Positions 48,086 to 57,919 of a stretch of 64,000 nt of DNA are shown here, in pieces; position 1 is the stretch's first letter, and every line of letters starts with the position of its first letter. The notes beneath the pieces were generated by a model, which was not told the DNA's origin, made no database searches, and was given only the letters and a program-made list of their open reading frames with translations. The position numbers and the translations under genes are program-made. The DNA lies in contig CAYJQV010000005.1 of assembly GCA_964372395.1 (NCBI GenBank), forward strand, positions 126 to 64,125, read 5' to 3'. The stretch is from an uncultured Planctomycetia bacterium (GTDB taxonomy: Bacteria > Omnitrophota > Gorgyraeia > 1-14-0-20-64-10).

Positions 48086-49264
48086 CTAATCGGTGATTCG
48101 TGGAATCGCCGGCGAAAGCCCCACGAGGATCTCGTACGGGATCGTCCGGGCATGCCGGGCCAGCTCCTCCGCCGAGACCGAGCCGCCGCCCTGACGCCCA
48201 ATCAGGACCACTTCGTCCCCCACCGCCACTCCCGGAATCTCCGTCACATCCACCATGAGGTCTTCCATGGTGACGAGGCCGATCACCCGGGCGCGCCGGC
48301 CGCGGATCAAAACGTCCGCCCGGTTGGAAAGGGCCCGGGGATAACCGTGCGCGTATCCCGCCGGGATCGTGGCCACCGCCGTCGGCTGCTCCGCCCGGAA
48401 GGTGCCGCCGTAGCTCACCGTCTGACCCGCCCTCAGCCGTTTGAGAAACCGGATGCGGCTTTTCAGGGCGAGGGCCGGCTGGAGCTGCCGCATCCTATCC
48501 CCCTTGAGGGGCGAGACGCCGTACAGGAGCAGGCCGGTCCGGACAAGGTCCCAGTGGGAATCCGGGAAGCGGATCATCCCCACCGAGTTGGCCAGATGGC
48601 GCGTTCCCGTCGGCAGCCGCTCCCGCCGGAACCGGCGCAGGACCCCGGAAAAGCGGCCGATCTGCTCCTGCGTCACCTGGACGCTCTGAGCGGCCATCGC
48701 CAGGTGGCTCATGACCCCTTCGGCCTTAAGCCCTGGAAGCTGCAGGATCTTCCGATGGAGCTCCGGCGCTTCCTCGTGCCAGACGCCGTACCGGCCCATC
48801 CCGGTGTCCACCTTCAGGTGGAATGCCACCTGCGTATCGCGGCTGCAGGCGGCCCGCGAGAGGGCGCGGGCGCTGGCCAGGTCTCCGACCGCCTGAGTGA
48901 GCTGGTGCTGAACAACGAGCGGGGCTTCTTCCGGCAGGCATTGGCCCATGATCAGGATGGGGACATTCAGCCCCGCCTGCCGGAGCGCCACCCCCTCCAC
49001 CACCGAGGCAACCCCCAAAAGATCGGCGCCGGCCTGAGCCACGGCGCGGGCCGCCGGCAGCAGGCCATGCCCGTAGGCGTTGGCCTTGACCACGGCGAGG
49101 ATCTTTGTGCGGGACGGGATGGAAGCGCGGATCTGGCGGAAGTTGTGCCGGATGGCGCTCAGGCTCACCTCGATCCAGACCGGCGGGACCGGCAAAACGG
49201 CCGGCGCTGCCGGTTTCTCCCGGCAGGCGATCCGCTCTGCGCTGTCCGCCCCTTTCCTCACCAT
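48086..49264 (-). CDS. alr: Alanine racemase
   Basis: 392 aa; PLP-lysine motif AVVKANAYGHG and the C-terminal beta domain. Confidence 0.85.
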   Translation of the reverse strand: MVRKGADSAERIACREKPAAPAVLPVPPVWIEVSLSAIRHNFRQIRASIPSRTKILAVVKANAYGHGLLPAARAVAQAGADLLGVASVVEGVALRQAGLNVPILIMGQCLPEEAPLVVQHQLTQAVGDLASARALSRAACSRDTQVAFHLKVDTGMGRYGVWHEEAPELHRKILQLPGLKAEGVMSHLAMAAQSVQVTQEQIGRFSGVLRRFRRERLPTGTRHLANSVGMIRFPDSHWDLVRTGLLLYGVSPLKGDRMRQLQPALALKSRIRFLKRLRAGQTVSYGGTFRAEQPTAVATIPAGYAHGYPRALSNRADVLIRGRRARVIGLVTMEDLMVDVTEIPGVAVGDEVVLIGRQGGGSVSAEELARHARTIPYEILVGLSPAIPRITD

Positions 49265-49953
49265 CCGGTGACGTCGCTCTCCTTGGAGTAGAGATATTCT
49301 GGCACAAGCCGGTGGGGATCGTCCAGACGCGAATCAGGCCACCGGATCTCGGCGATGCGGCACAGCCAGTCGGCCCGGGGGGTCCAGAGGGACGGCTCGG
49401 CCGCCTCCGCTGCACCGCCCAGCACCGATCGAACGACTCCTTCGTAGCGCCGCAGGCCGTCCCCGAACAGAACGATCCCTCCACCCTCCAGCCCGCGCAG
49501 GGCCTCCTCCGGCGGGGTCAGCCGATCCGCTGTGCGCCGCTGGACCGGGAAGCTCCCGTGCGCGGAGAAGAGGGCCGAGTAAACCTTCCCCTTGCGGGCG
49601 TCCCCAAAGGCCAGGAGAGTGCCGGACCGCTCATGGAGGTTTTGAGCAGCCACCTCGAGACTGGAGACGGGAACGACCGGCTTCCTGAGCGCCCAGGCGA
49701 TGGCCTTCACGGTAACCACCCCGACACGCAGGCCGGTGAAGGAGCCGGGACCGATGGAAACCGCCAGCCCGTCGAGATCGGCCAGGGCCAGGCCCGCCTC
49801 CTCCAGCGCCTGTCGGATCTGCTCGGTGAGCCACAGGGACGGGGGCCCCTGGCCATTCGCCTGCTGAAACGAGCGAACCTCGCCTCCGGAGGAAACGGCC
49901 ACGGAGAAGATGGAGCTGGACGTCTCGATCCCCAGCAGCCTTAGAGCCGCCAT
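49258..49953 (-). CDS. tsaB: tRNA t6A37 threonylcarbamoyltransferase complex dimerisation subunit
   Basis: 231 aa; LGIETSSSIFSVAV...GPGSFTGLRVGVVTVKAIA YeaZ-type motif. Confidence 0.8.
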   Translation of the reverse strand: MAALRLLGIETSSSIFSVAVSSGGEVRSFQQANGQGPPSLWLTEQIRQALEEAGLALADLDGLAVSIGPGSFTGLRVGVVTVKAIAWALRKPVVPVSSLEVAAQNLHERSGTLLAFGDARKGKVYSALFSAHGSFPVQRRTADRLTPPEEALRGLEGGGIVLFGDGLRRYEGVVRSVLGGAAEAAEPSLWTPRADWLCRIAEIRWPDSRLDDPHRLVPEYLYSKESDVTGW

Positions 49954-50411
49954 CGGCGATCCCCGTCCCCGTATCCCTTTCCGTGTGGAATCAGGCGAAG
50001 GCGCCGTTCGGACGGGCCCGAGACCTCAAACGCCACCTCCAGATGATCCTCCGGCAGGAGCTCGGGGATGCGGTTGGCCCATTCGATCACCGTGACCCCG
50101 CCCGCCTCAAAATATTCCTCGAGGCCCACGCTCCCGGCATCGGCCAGCCCCTCGAGCCGAAAGAGGTCCGCATGGTAGAGGGGGATCCGCCCGTGGTACT
50201 CCCGCACCAGGACAAATGAGGGACTGGCCACCCTGCCCGCCGGCACTCCCAGCCCCGCGGCCAGCCCCTGGACAAAGGTGGTCTTGCCGGACCCGAGATC
50301 GCCGGTCAGCGCGACCACATCGCCGGGCCGCAATCGGCCGGCCAGCCCCTCGCCCATCCGCCGCGTCCGCTCCTCCGAATCGGACACGGCCCAGGGGTTC
50401 TCGTGCCTCAT
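49941..50411 (-). CDS. tsaE: tRNA t6A37 threonylcarbamoyladenosine biosynthesis ATPase
   Basis: About 156 aa from the internal Met (MRHENPW...); P-loop LTGDLGSGKTTFVQGL and SPSFVLVREY; the 47-aa upstream extension is rejected. Confidence 0.75.
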   Translation of the reverse strand: MRHENPWAVSDSEERTRRMGEGLAGRLRPGDVVALTGDLGSGKTTFVQGLAAGLGVPAGRVASPSFVLVREYHGRIPLYHADLFRLEGLADAGSVGLEEYFEAGGVTVIEWANRIPELLPEDHLEVAFEVSGPSERRLRLIPHGKGYGDGDRRWRL

Positions 50412-51346
50412 CTGGAAAAATGCCGGAAGCCGCCGGCCGGAAGCGGGATCGGGACTCCGCGGGGGGAGCGGACCTCCACGAGCGGCCGGCCGCGCGGCCG
50501 GACCACCTGGCCGATCCGGGTCAGCCCGCAGCGCAGATTCCCCCGCGCCCACCGGAGCAGCCGGTCGGCCTGGAGCTGCGGGACCGCCAGCAGCAGCTCA
50601 AAGTCCTCCCCGTCGGTCAGGGCCTGCGCCAGGCTGCAGCCGGGGTTTCGCGGAATCGAGCCCGACTCCACAACCGCCGCCGCGCCGCTCGCGCGGCAGA
50701 TCCGCTGCAGATCCTGAAGCAGGCCGTCCGACAGGTCAATCATCGCGTGGATCTTCGCGCGGCTGCCCAGCCGGCGTCCTTCCCTCACCCGCGGCGTGAA
50801 ACGCAGATGCCTTCCGGACCGGACCGCCCCGCCCAGCCGGCCGGTCACCAGAAGCGCATCCCCAGGGCGGGCGCTGGAGCGGGTGACCAGGCGCCGCCTC
50901 TCCACCTCCCCGAGGATCGCCACGTCCACCACGACCCTGTCGCAGCGGTTGGTGTCCCCTCCCACCAGATTCACCCCGAACCGGCTCGCACAGCGCCGCA
51001 GCCCCCGGTACAGGCCGTCGAGATAGGAGACCGGCAGCGGCGGCGGAAGCCCCAGGGAAACGACGGCATGTTTCGGGAGCCCGCCCATCGCGGCGACGTC
51101 GCTCACGTTGACCGCCAGCGCCTTCCAGCCGACCGCGGCGGCCGCAGCGCCGCGCAGGAAGTGAACTCCCTCGATCAGCATGTCGCACGCCAGGAGCTCG
51201 AGCCGCCCCGGCCCCCCGGCCAGGACCGCGCAATCATCGCCGATCCCGCGGATCACGCTCCGGCCGGTCCGGACCTGCGCGCGGATCCGCTCGACCAGCG
51301 CCTGCTCCCCCAGGTCGCGCAGACGCCGTCGGCTTCGGAATCTCAC
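50408..51346 (-). CDS. thiL: Thiamine-monophosphate kinase
   Basis: 312 aa; IGDDCAVL, the AIR-synthase-related N-terminal fold and the VGGDTN motif. Confidence 0.85.
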   Translation of the reverse strand: MRFRSRRRLRDLGEQALVERIRAQVRTGRSVIRGIGDDCAVLAGGPGRLELLACDMLIEGVHFLRGAAAAAVGWKALAVNVSDVAAMGGLPKHAVVSLGLPPPLPVSYLDGLYRGLRRCASRFGVNLVGGDTNRCDRVVVDVAILGEVERRRLVTRSSARPGDALLVTGRLGGAVRSGRHLRFTPRVREGRRLGSRAKIHAMIDLSDGLLQDLQRICRASGAAAVVESGSIPRNPGCSLAQALTDGEDFELLLAVPQLQADRLLRWARGNLRCGLTRIGQVVRPRGRPLVEVRSPRGVPIPLPAGGFRHFSR

Positions 51347-52401
51347 AGAAAATTCACCAGCGATTTCAAGGCGGAGGCCAGGGCCAGCATGCCGGCGTTG
51401 TGCAGGACATGGATCGACACGGGCGCCAGCAGCGACCCGGTGCGCTCATAGACCCAGCCGAAGAGAAGCCCCAGGCCCAGGATCGGCACAAAGGCCACGG
51501 GATCGCCGTGGAGCAGCGCGAACAAGGCCGCGGACAGTCCCAGGGCGGGCCGGATTCCCCACCGCACCCGCAGCCATCCATACAGCAGGCCCCGGAAGAA
51601 GACCTCCTCCGCAGCGGGTCCCACGAGCGTGATCATGACGATGAGCCAGGTGAGCACCGAACCCCGGCTCTCCGAGAAGTAGATGGTGAAGGCCGGCTGG
51701 GGACTCGGCTCCCGGCCGAGAAGCTGCAGCGCCCCCATCACCGCCAGGAGGAGCGCAACCAGAACCGGAAGGAACGCCAGATACGATGTGAGGCTCAACC
51801 CGATCCGGGAGAAGGCCTGTCCGCGCGCGCCGGGCGCTGCGGCCGGGGCCGAGGCCTTCGCCCGCCTCCAGATCCATGCCGCTCCCGCCAGCACCGCTGC
51901 ATCGAGGAGGAGCGTGTTCGCCAGGGCCAGCAGATTCCGATCCAGCCAGGCGGGATGGAATGCCCGGATGAGGAGCCGTTCGACGAGGAGCGCCAGCTGC
52001 GCCAGCCCCAGAACCGCCACCACGAGCCGGAAGATCTCCCGGCCTCCCCATCCCGGGACCGGCGGCTCGCCCAGCCGCGGCTGGACCGGCCGGCCCCTCA
52101 CCAGCCGAACCACGGATCGGATGAAGAACAGGACCGAAGCGGCCAGCAGAAGGAGCAACCCCTGGGCGATCCAGCCAACGCGGCGCATGAGTTCCGGATG
52201 CTCCCGGAGCCGGTCGCCGAGCTTCTGGCGGTCTACCGAGATCGCCCGCTGGATCCTCTGCTGGACGGCCTCCTCCTGCTCGGCCCAAGTCCGCTCAGCC
52301 GCCGGCGGGACCTGGGCAGGCCGCTGCTGAACCCGGAGCGCGGTCTGGCCCCCCCATGCCAGGGCGAGGAGCAGCAGGAGTAAAGCGTCCAGCCGGTTCA
52401 T
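51343..52401 (-). CDS. CPBP-family intramembrane metalloprotease (CAAX protease / Abi-like)
   Basis: 352 aa; a polytopic C-terminal domain with EEVFFRGLL, FALLHG and HVLHNAG motifs of the CPBP family. Confidence 0.65.
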   Translation of the reverse strand: MNRLDALLLLLLALAWGGQTALRVQQRPAQVPPAAERTWAEQEEAVQQRIQRAISVDRQKLGDRLREHPELMRRVGWIAQGLLLLLAASVLFFIRSVVRLVRGRPVQPRLGEPPVPGWGGREIFRLVVAVLGLAQLALLVERLLIRAFHPAWLDRNLLALANTLLLDAAVLAGAAWIWRRAKASAPAAAPGARGQAFSRIGLSLTSYLAFLPVLVALLLAVMGALQLLGREPSPQPAFTIYFSESRGSVLTWLIVMITLVGPAAEEVFFRGLLYGWLRVRWGIRPALGLSAALFALLHGDPVAFVPILGLGLLFGWVYERTGSLLAPVSIHVLHNAGMLALASALKSLVNFL

Positions 52402-53831
52402 CAGCCGACGTCGTCGTAGGCCCGGACGCGGTAGGCGACCTTGAGCTCATCCTCCGCGACGATCCGGCAGGCCTCCAGGTCGATCCCCGGCATGGCGACG
52501 ACGGTGGCCGTCACCTTCATGCCGGCATCCCGGCATTCCGTGATGAACCGCTTGATCGAGTCGTAGGTCGAAAGCCCGAACGCCGGCCGGCAGAGCTCGA
52601 GGTACTGCTCCGCGGTGGGCGTGTTGAGACTCACGGAAACCTCGTCCACCACACCCCGCAGCTCCTGCGCGATGGGGCGCTTGTGGATGAGATTCCCGTG
52701 GCCGTTGGTGTTGAGCCGGATCCACCGGGCCCCCTTCTCCTTCAGGCGGCGCCCGATCTCCAGAAGCTCCTGCAACCGGATCACCGGCTCCCCGTAGCCG
52801 CAGAAAACAATCTCCTCGTGCCGGGTGGGGTCTCCCGCCGCCTGAAGAACCTCCGAGACCTTCGGGTCCCGCGGCATCCGGAGGTGATGCCCCTTCACGA
52901 AGGGCGAGGGCCCCTCTCCCTTCCAGAACTGCTCATCACTGAGGGAACAGAAAACGCAGCGGTCGGTGCAGGCGTTGGTGAGGTTCACGTAGAGGGACCG
53001 GCGGATGGGATACGCGATCTTCCCGCGGATCGGAGCCGGGCCGATTCCAAAGAGGTGATACGCGTTGACGGTGGTCACCCGCGCCACATCCTCCGGGGCA
53101 AGCTCCTTCAGCTCCGCCCATGCATGGATGAGCTCCGTCAGGGAGGCCGGCTCGTTGCGCCGGCCCCGCTGGGACTGGGGGGCCATGAACGGCGCGTCGG
53201 TCTCCAGGACCACCCGCTCCAGGGGGATCTCGCGGGCCACCTCGCGCAGCGATTCCGCGTTCGGGAAAGTCAGGTTTCCGGCGAACGAGAGGTCCAGCCC
53301 CATCCCCAGCGCTTCCTCCGCAACCGCCCGGCCGCCGGAGAAGCAGTGCAGCAGCCCGCGGATCGGCGGCTTCAGGCACTCCCTTAAGATCGCGAAGAGA
53401 TCGGCGTAGGCGTGGCCGGCGCCCTGCTGCGCCGGCTCCCGGCAGTGAAGGATGACCGGCTTGTTCAGCTCATGGGCAAGCCGGAGCTGCCTGCGCAGCG
53501 CCTCCTGCTGGACCGGCCGGGGGGAGAGATCCCGGTAGTAATCCAGGCCGATCTCTCCGATGGCCACCACCTTCGGCCGGGTCGCCAGCCCGCCCAGCTC
53601 CTCCCAGGCCTCTTCCGTCAGCTCTCCGGCGTGGTGCGGGTGCACGCCGACGGCGGCGAACACCTCCGGATGGCGGCCCGCCAGCTCCACCACCCGCCGG
53701 TTCGAGGAGGAATCGGTGGCCGGATCCAGCAGGGCGGTCAGGCCGGCGGCACGCGCCCGGGCCAGCACCTCCTCGCGATCCGGATCGAACTCGATCCGGT
53801 GAAGGTGACAGTGGGTGTCTACGAACTGCAT
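52401..53831 (-). CDS. TatD-family hydrolase fused to a TatD-associated radical SAM-like domain
   Basis: About 476 aa from the internal Met (MQFVDTHCHLHRIEFD..., the TatD metal-binding HxH, ...GEIGLDYY..., ...LETDAPFMAP) followed by a C-terminal domain with CTDRCVFC (a CxxxCxxC cluster motif); the 192-aa Gly/Arg-rich upstream extension is rejected. Confidence 0.7.
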   Translation of the reverse strand: MQFVDTHCHLHRIEFDPDREEVLARARAAGLTALLDPATDSSSNRRVVELAGRHPEVFAAVGVHPHHAGELTEEAWEELGGLATRPKVVAIGEIGLDYYRDLSPRPVQQEALRRQLRLAHELNKPVILHCREPAQQGAGHAYADLFAILRECLKPPIRGLLHCFSGGRAVAEEALGMGLDLSFAGNLTFPNAESLREVAREIPLERVVLETDAPFMAPQSQRGRRNEPASLTELIHAWAELKELAPEDVARVTTVNAYHLFGIGPAPIRGKIAYPIRRSLYVNLTNACTDRCVFCSLSDEQFWKGEGPSPFVKGHHLRMPRDPKVSEVLQAAGDPTRHEEIVFCGYGEPVIRLQELLEIGRRLKEKGARWIRLNTNGHGNLIHKRPIAQELRGVVDEVSVSLNTPTAEQYLELCRPAFGLSTYDSIKRFITECRDAGMKVTATVVAMPGIDLEACRIVAEDELKVAYRVRAYDDVG

Positions 53832-54975
53832 CGGCTCAAACGGACCCTTTCCACCACCGGCGGAATCCTCTCCAGGGCCTCCTCGATCTCCTGCTCGGTC
53901 GTTCCCCAGCCCAGCGAGAACCGGATGGAGCTCTCCACCCGCTCCCGCGGCAGGCGCATCGCCAAGAGAACATGCGACGGCTCGGTCGAACCGGAGGAAC
54001 AGGCCGAGCCGGTGGAGACCGAGATCCCGGCCAGATCCAGGGCGGCCAGCAGCGCCTCCCCCTCGCACCCCAGGAAGCTCACGTTGAGCGTGCCCGGAAG
54101 CCTCTCCTCCGGATGGCCGTTGAGCTCCACCTCCCCCAGCCTCTCCCTGAGCCCCTGCTCCAGCCGGTCCCGCAACGTGCGGATCCGGGATGGGGCGCCG
54201 CCCCGCAGCTCCTCCAGGCTCTTCTCGACCGCCGCCCCGAGGGCCACGATCCCCGGCACCGACTCTGTTCCCGCTCGCAGCCCTCCCTCCTGCGGGCCGC
54301 CCCGCAGCATCGCCGAGGGCTCCAGCCCCGAGCGCAGATAGAGGGCGCCGGTCCCCTGAAGGCCGCCCAGCTTGTGGCCTGAGATCGAGACCAGATCCGC
54401 GCCGCACCGGCGCACGTCGAGGGGAACCTTCCCGAAGGACTGGACCGCGTCGGTGTGGAAGAGAATTCCGTGGGCGCGCGCGATCCGGCCGATCTCCTCG
54501 ATGGGCTGGATTGTCCCCACCTCGTTGTTCCCATGCATGACGGAGAGGAGGATCGTCTCAGGGGTGATCGCCTGCTCCAGCGCCTCCAGATCGATCCGGC
54601 CCTCGGCATCCACCGGGACGAGATCCACGTGAAATCGATCCTCCTCCAGCGCGCGCGCCGCCCCCAGAACCGCGGGATGCTCCACGCTGGAGAGGATCAC
54701 GTGGCTCCCCCTGGAACGCAGGGCGTGTGCCGTCCCGTACACGGCCAGGTTGTCTGCCTCCGTCCCGCCGGAGGTGAAGAGCAGCCGCCCCTTCGGATCT
54801 GCGAGCGACTGCAGGATCTGCGAACGGACCCTCTCGACGGCGGAGCGGGCCCGGCGTCCGTGGGCATGCAGGCTGGAGGCGTTCCCGGGTCCGGCGGCCA
54901 GGAGGGCCTGAACCGCGGCTTGAACCTCAGGACGGACCGGCGAGGTAGCGTTGTAGTCGAGATACAGGGCCTTGA
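53819..54975 (-). CDS. Cysteine desulfurase (NifS/IscS family); start unresolved (apparent +1 frameshift after the ATG at 54977..54979)
   Basis: PLP-lysine ISGHKLGG; the N-terminal IKALYLDYNATSPVRPEV...FTSGGTEADNL continues in frame upstream of the ORF-track start but reaches a stop without an in-frame ATG, while an ATG sits one nucleotide out of frame (ATGcATCAAG). Confidence 0.75.
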
Positions 54976-55022
54976 TGCATATAGTATACTACTGGCGGAT
55001 TCGTGACTTCCACGACCCGAAC

Positions 55023-55863
55023 CATGGAAAGCGCACTGCCCTGGTTATTGGCCTTGCTCGGCTGGGCCGGTCTGGCGGCTGCATTCGCCGGGCTGGAACT
55101 CCTGCGCCGTCGGCTCCGGGAGCGTTCCGGAGAGATGGAACAGCTCAAATCGCAGGTGCTGGAATGGAACCGGCGCCTGGAACAGCGGGTTCGCGAGCGC
55201 ACCGCCGAGCTGGAGAGCGCCCACCGCCAGCTTCAGGACGCCTACCTCCAGACCGTCACCTCTCTCGTCGAGGCGATGACGGCCAAGGACACCTACCTCT
55301 TCTCCCATTCGCACAGCGTGGCCACCTACGCCCGCGCCATCGCCGAGGAGCTGGGGCTGTCCCGGGAGCGGATCGATCGCCTGGTGCAGGGGTGCGAGCT
55401 GCACGATCTGGGAAAGATCGCCGTCCCCGACACCATCCTGCTCAAGCCCGGCGCGCTCACCGAACAGGAGTTTGAGATCGTCAAGCAGCATCCCCTGTGG
55501 GGAGCGCGGATCCTCTCGCCCCTCTCCTTCATGAGGGACATCACGGAGATGGTCCACCAGGAGCATGAACGCTGGGACGGCAGCGGCTACCCGCAGGGGC
55601 TCGAGGGCGAGCGGATCCGACTGGAGGCGAGGATCATCTCGGTGGCGGATGCGCTGGATGCGATGACCTCCGACCGGCCCTATCGGGCCAGGATTCCCCT
55701 CCAGCACGCTGCCGAGGAGATCCAGCGCTGCGCCGGAAGTCAGTTCGATCCGAGGGTGGCGGACGCCTGCCTGCGGGCGATCCAGAAGGGAACTCTCGAG
55801 GTGGTCGCCCTCCGATCCCGCCACGCTCACGACAGGCGGGGAAAGAGCGGCGTCCCCTTCTGA
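55023..55863 (+). CDS. HD-GYP domain protein (putative c-di-GMP phosphodiesterase) with N-terminal TM helix
   Basis: About 280 aa from the ATG at 55023; HSHSV, HDLGKIAVP, HHERWDGSGYPQGL HD-GYP signatures; the only + strand gene after 4.4 kb; its 3' end overlaps metG convergently by 37 nt. Confidence 0.75.
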
Positions 55864-57374
55864 ATCCCCTGCCCGCCGGGGATCGCCTGTTTCAGGCCCT
55901 CCGGCAGACGGATCTCCGCGATCGACCCGGGAAACCCCATCTGACTCCAGATCGACTCCGCGGTGCCCGGCATGAACGGCCAGACCCCGAGGGCGATCGC
56001 CCGCACGAGACAGGCCAGATCGTGGAGGAACCGATCGAGCTCCTCGCGGCGTCCCTCCCGGGCCAGGGTCCACGGGGCCTTTTGCTCGACGGACTCGTTG
56101 GCCCGGGTGACCAGCTCCCAGAGTGCCTTCAGGGCTTCGCCGGGTGCCATGGCGCCCATCGCCGCGGCCATCGCCTGCTCCACCTGAAGGATGCGTGAGA
56201 CCGTCCGGGAGTCCGCCGGCCGGGAGGGAATCTTCCCGCCAGCATGTTTCTCCAGCATCGTCAGGGTCCGGTAGACGAGATTCCCCAGGTCATTGGCCAG
56301 ATCCGCATTGATCCGCCGGACGAGCGATTCCTCTGAGAAGACGCCGTCGTCGCCGAGGGGGACGTCCCGCAGCAGGAAGTAGCGGAAGGCGTCGAGCCCG
56401 TACGTCCCCGCCACCGCCTCGGGATCCACGGTTTTGCCGACGGACTTGGACATCTTCTCCCCCTTGATCAGCCACCATCCGTGCGCGAACACCGTCCGGG
56501 GCGGTTCCACCCCGAGGGCGTGCAGGATGATCGGCCAGTAGAGGCCGTGATGCCGCAGGATGTCCTTCCCCACCAGGTGAATCGCTCCCGCTTGCTTCCA
56601 GTAGGTCAGGAACCTCTCCCCGTCCGGCCAGCCCAGGGCGCTCACGTAATTGAGGAGGGCGTCGAACCAGACATAGGTGACGTGCCTTTGGCTGAAGGGG
56701 ACCTCGATGCCCCACGAGACCCTCTCCCTCGGCCGGGTGATGCACAGCGGGGGCAGCTCCTTCTCCAGCAGGGCCAGGACCTCATTGCGCCGCGTGGCGG
56801 GCAGGATGAAGTCGGATCGGGAGGAGATCTGTTTCCGGAGCCAGGCGCGGTGCGGCTCCAGCTGCAGGAAGAAATCCTCTTCGGTCACCTGCTCAACGGC
56901 GCGCTTGCAGGAGGGACAGTCCTTCTGGCGAAGGACTGTCCCTGCCTTCGCATCCGGGAAATCGCCTTCGGCCCAGCCGGTCTCGCAGGGGACGCAGTAC
57001 CAGAAGGTGTAGGTTCCCGGCTGGATCGCCCCCCTCTCGAGCAGGACGGAGAGCACCCGCTGGACGATCCGCTCGTGATCCGCATCGGTCGTCCGGATGA
57101 AATGGTCGTAAGAGATGCCCAGCTTCTTCCAGAGCGCCCGAAAGGTCTGTGAGGTCCGGTCGGAAAATTCCTTTGGGGAGAGCCCCGCCTCTTTCGCGGC
57201 CCGGGCGACCTTCTCGCCATGCTCGTCCGTCCCCGTCAGGAGAAAGACCTCATCCCCGTGCTGGCGGTGCCACCGGGCGATGCAGTCGGCGACGATCGTC
57301 GTGTAGGCGTGGCCCAGATGGGGCTTCGCATTGACGTAGTAGAGCGGGGTCGTCAGATAAAACGCCTCAGGCAT
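55827..57374 (-). CDS. metG: Methionyl-tRNA synthetase (short form)
   Basis: 515 aa; HIGH motif (PHLGHAYT), zinc knuckle CPSCK...CVPC, KMSKS. Confidence 0.95.
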   Translation of the reverse strand: MPEAFYLTTPLYYVNAKPHLGHAYTTIVADCIARWHRQHGDEVFLLTGTDEHGEKVARAAKEAGLSPKEFSDRTSQTFRALWKKLGISYDHFIRTTDADHERIVQRVLSVLLERGAIQPGTYTFWYCVPCETGWAEGDFPDAKAGTVLRQKDCPSCKRAVEQVTEEDFFLQLEPHRAWLRKQISSRSDFILPATRRNEVLALLEKELPPLCITRPRERVSWGIEVPFSQRHVTYVWFDALLNYVSALGWPDGERFLTYWKQAGAIHLVGKDILRHHGLYWPIILHALGVEPPRTVFAHGWWLIKGEKMSKSVGKTVDPEAVAGTYGLDAFRYFLLRDVPLGDDGVFSEESLVRRINADLANDLGNLVYRTLTMLEKHAGGKIPSRPADSRTVSRILQVEQAMAAAMGAMAPGEALKALWELVTRANESVEQKAPWTLAREGRREELDRFLHDLACLVRAIALGVWPFMPGTAESIWSQMGFPGSIAEIRLPEGLKQAIPGGQGIQKGTPLFPRLS

Positions 57375-57386
57375 GTGGACTTTGGC

Positions 57387-57641
57387 TCAACGATAAACCT
57401 CGCGGCGGTGCGCAACCCGGTAGATCATCAATCGCCCCTCCGAGGCCTGAACCGCATACAGAACCCGGCAATCACCGCTGCGCCAGGAGCGCATTCCCAT
57501 CAACCGGCCACCGAGCGCCTTGCCTCGGAGCGGATCCGCAGCCAACCGACCCAGATCCTCCTGGATGCGCGCCAGCACGGAGGGGTCCAGCTTCTTGATC
57601 TCGTTCCGGGCGCTTGTGGTGAAAACAAGCGGCCAACTCAC
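57387..57641 (-). CDS. RelE/ParE-family toxin
   Basis: 84 aa; ...LRGKALGGRLMGMRSWRSGDCRVLYAV...RLMIYRVAHRREVY RelE/ParE pattern; overlaps the upstream antitoxin by 4 nt. Confidence 0.7.
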   Translation of the reverse strand: MSWPLVFTTSARNEIKKLDPSVLARIQEDLGRLAADPLRGKALGGRLMGMRSWRSGDCRVLYAVQASEGRLMIYRVAHRREVYR

Positions 57642-57919
57642 AAATGCCGCTTGCCTCTCACGCCCGGCTGACGCCGTCCAAAAACCTCCTGATAGGAATG
57701 GAGCTTGCCTTTCTGCGCCTCGCGGACAGCCTCCGCCATCTTTTTGAGAAATGCCGGAGAATGCTCCATCAGGTACGCCTCGAGATCGTCCTCATCCACA
57801 GCGTGGATCACCGCACGCGGCCGCCCGCGAAGCGTCACCACGACATCCCCCCGGCGGCTTCTCCGTATGACCTCGGAGGCATGGACCTTCAGCTCCCGCA
57901 TGTTGACAAACTGCACCAT
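57638..57919 (-). CDS. Phd/YefM-family antitoxin
   Basis: 93 aa; MVQFVNMRELKVHASEVIRRSRRGDVVVTLRGRPRAVI matches the YefM/Phd N-terminal fold. Confidence 0.7.
   Translation of the reverse strand: MVQFVNMRELKVHASEVIRRSRRGDVVVTLRGRPRAVIHAVDEDDLEAYLMEHSPAFLKKMAEAVREAQKGKLHSYQEVFGRRQPGVRGKRHL

Noticed and set aside
53832-54407. 192-aa N-terminal extension of the TatD ORF
   Set aside because: The extension is Gly/Arg/Ala-rich junk preceding a clean MQFVDTHCHL TatD start. Similar extensions were trimmed for the GT9, GT4, tsaE, holB, tmk, cysE, ispD, aroE and dprA genes, and for the first heptosyltransferase ORF (15520..16956).
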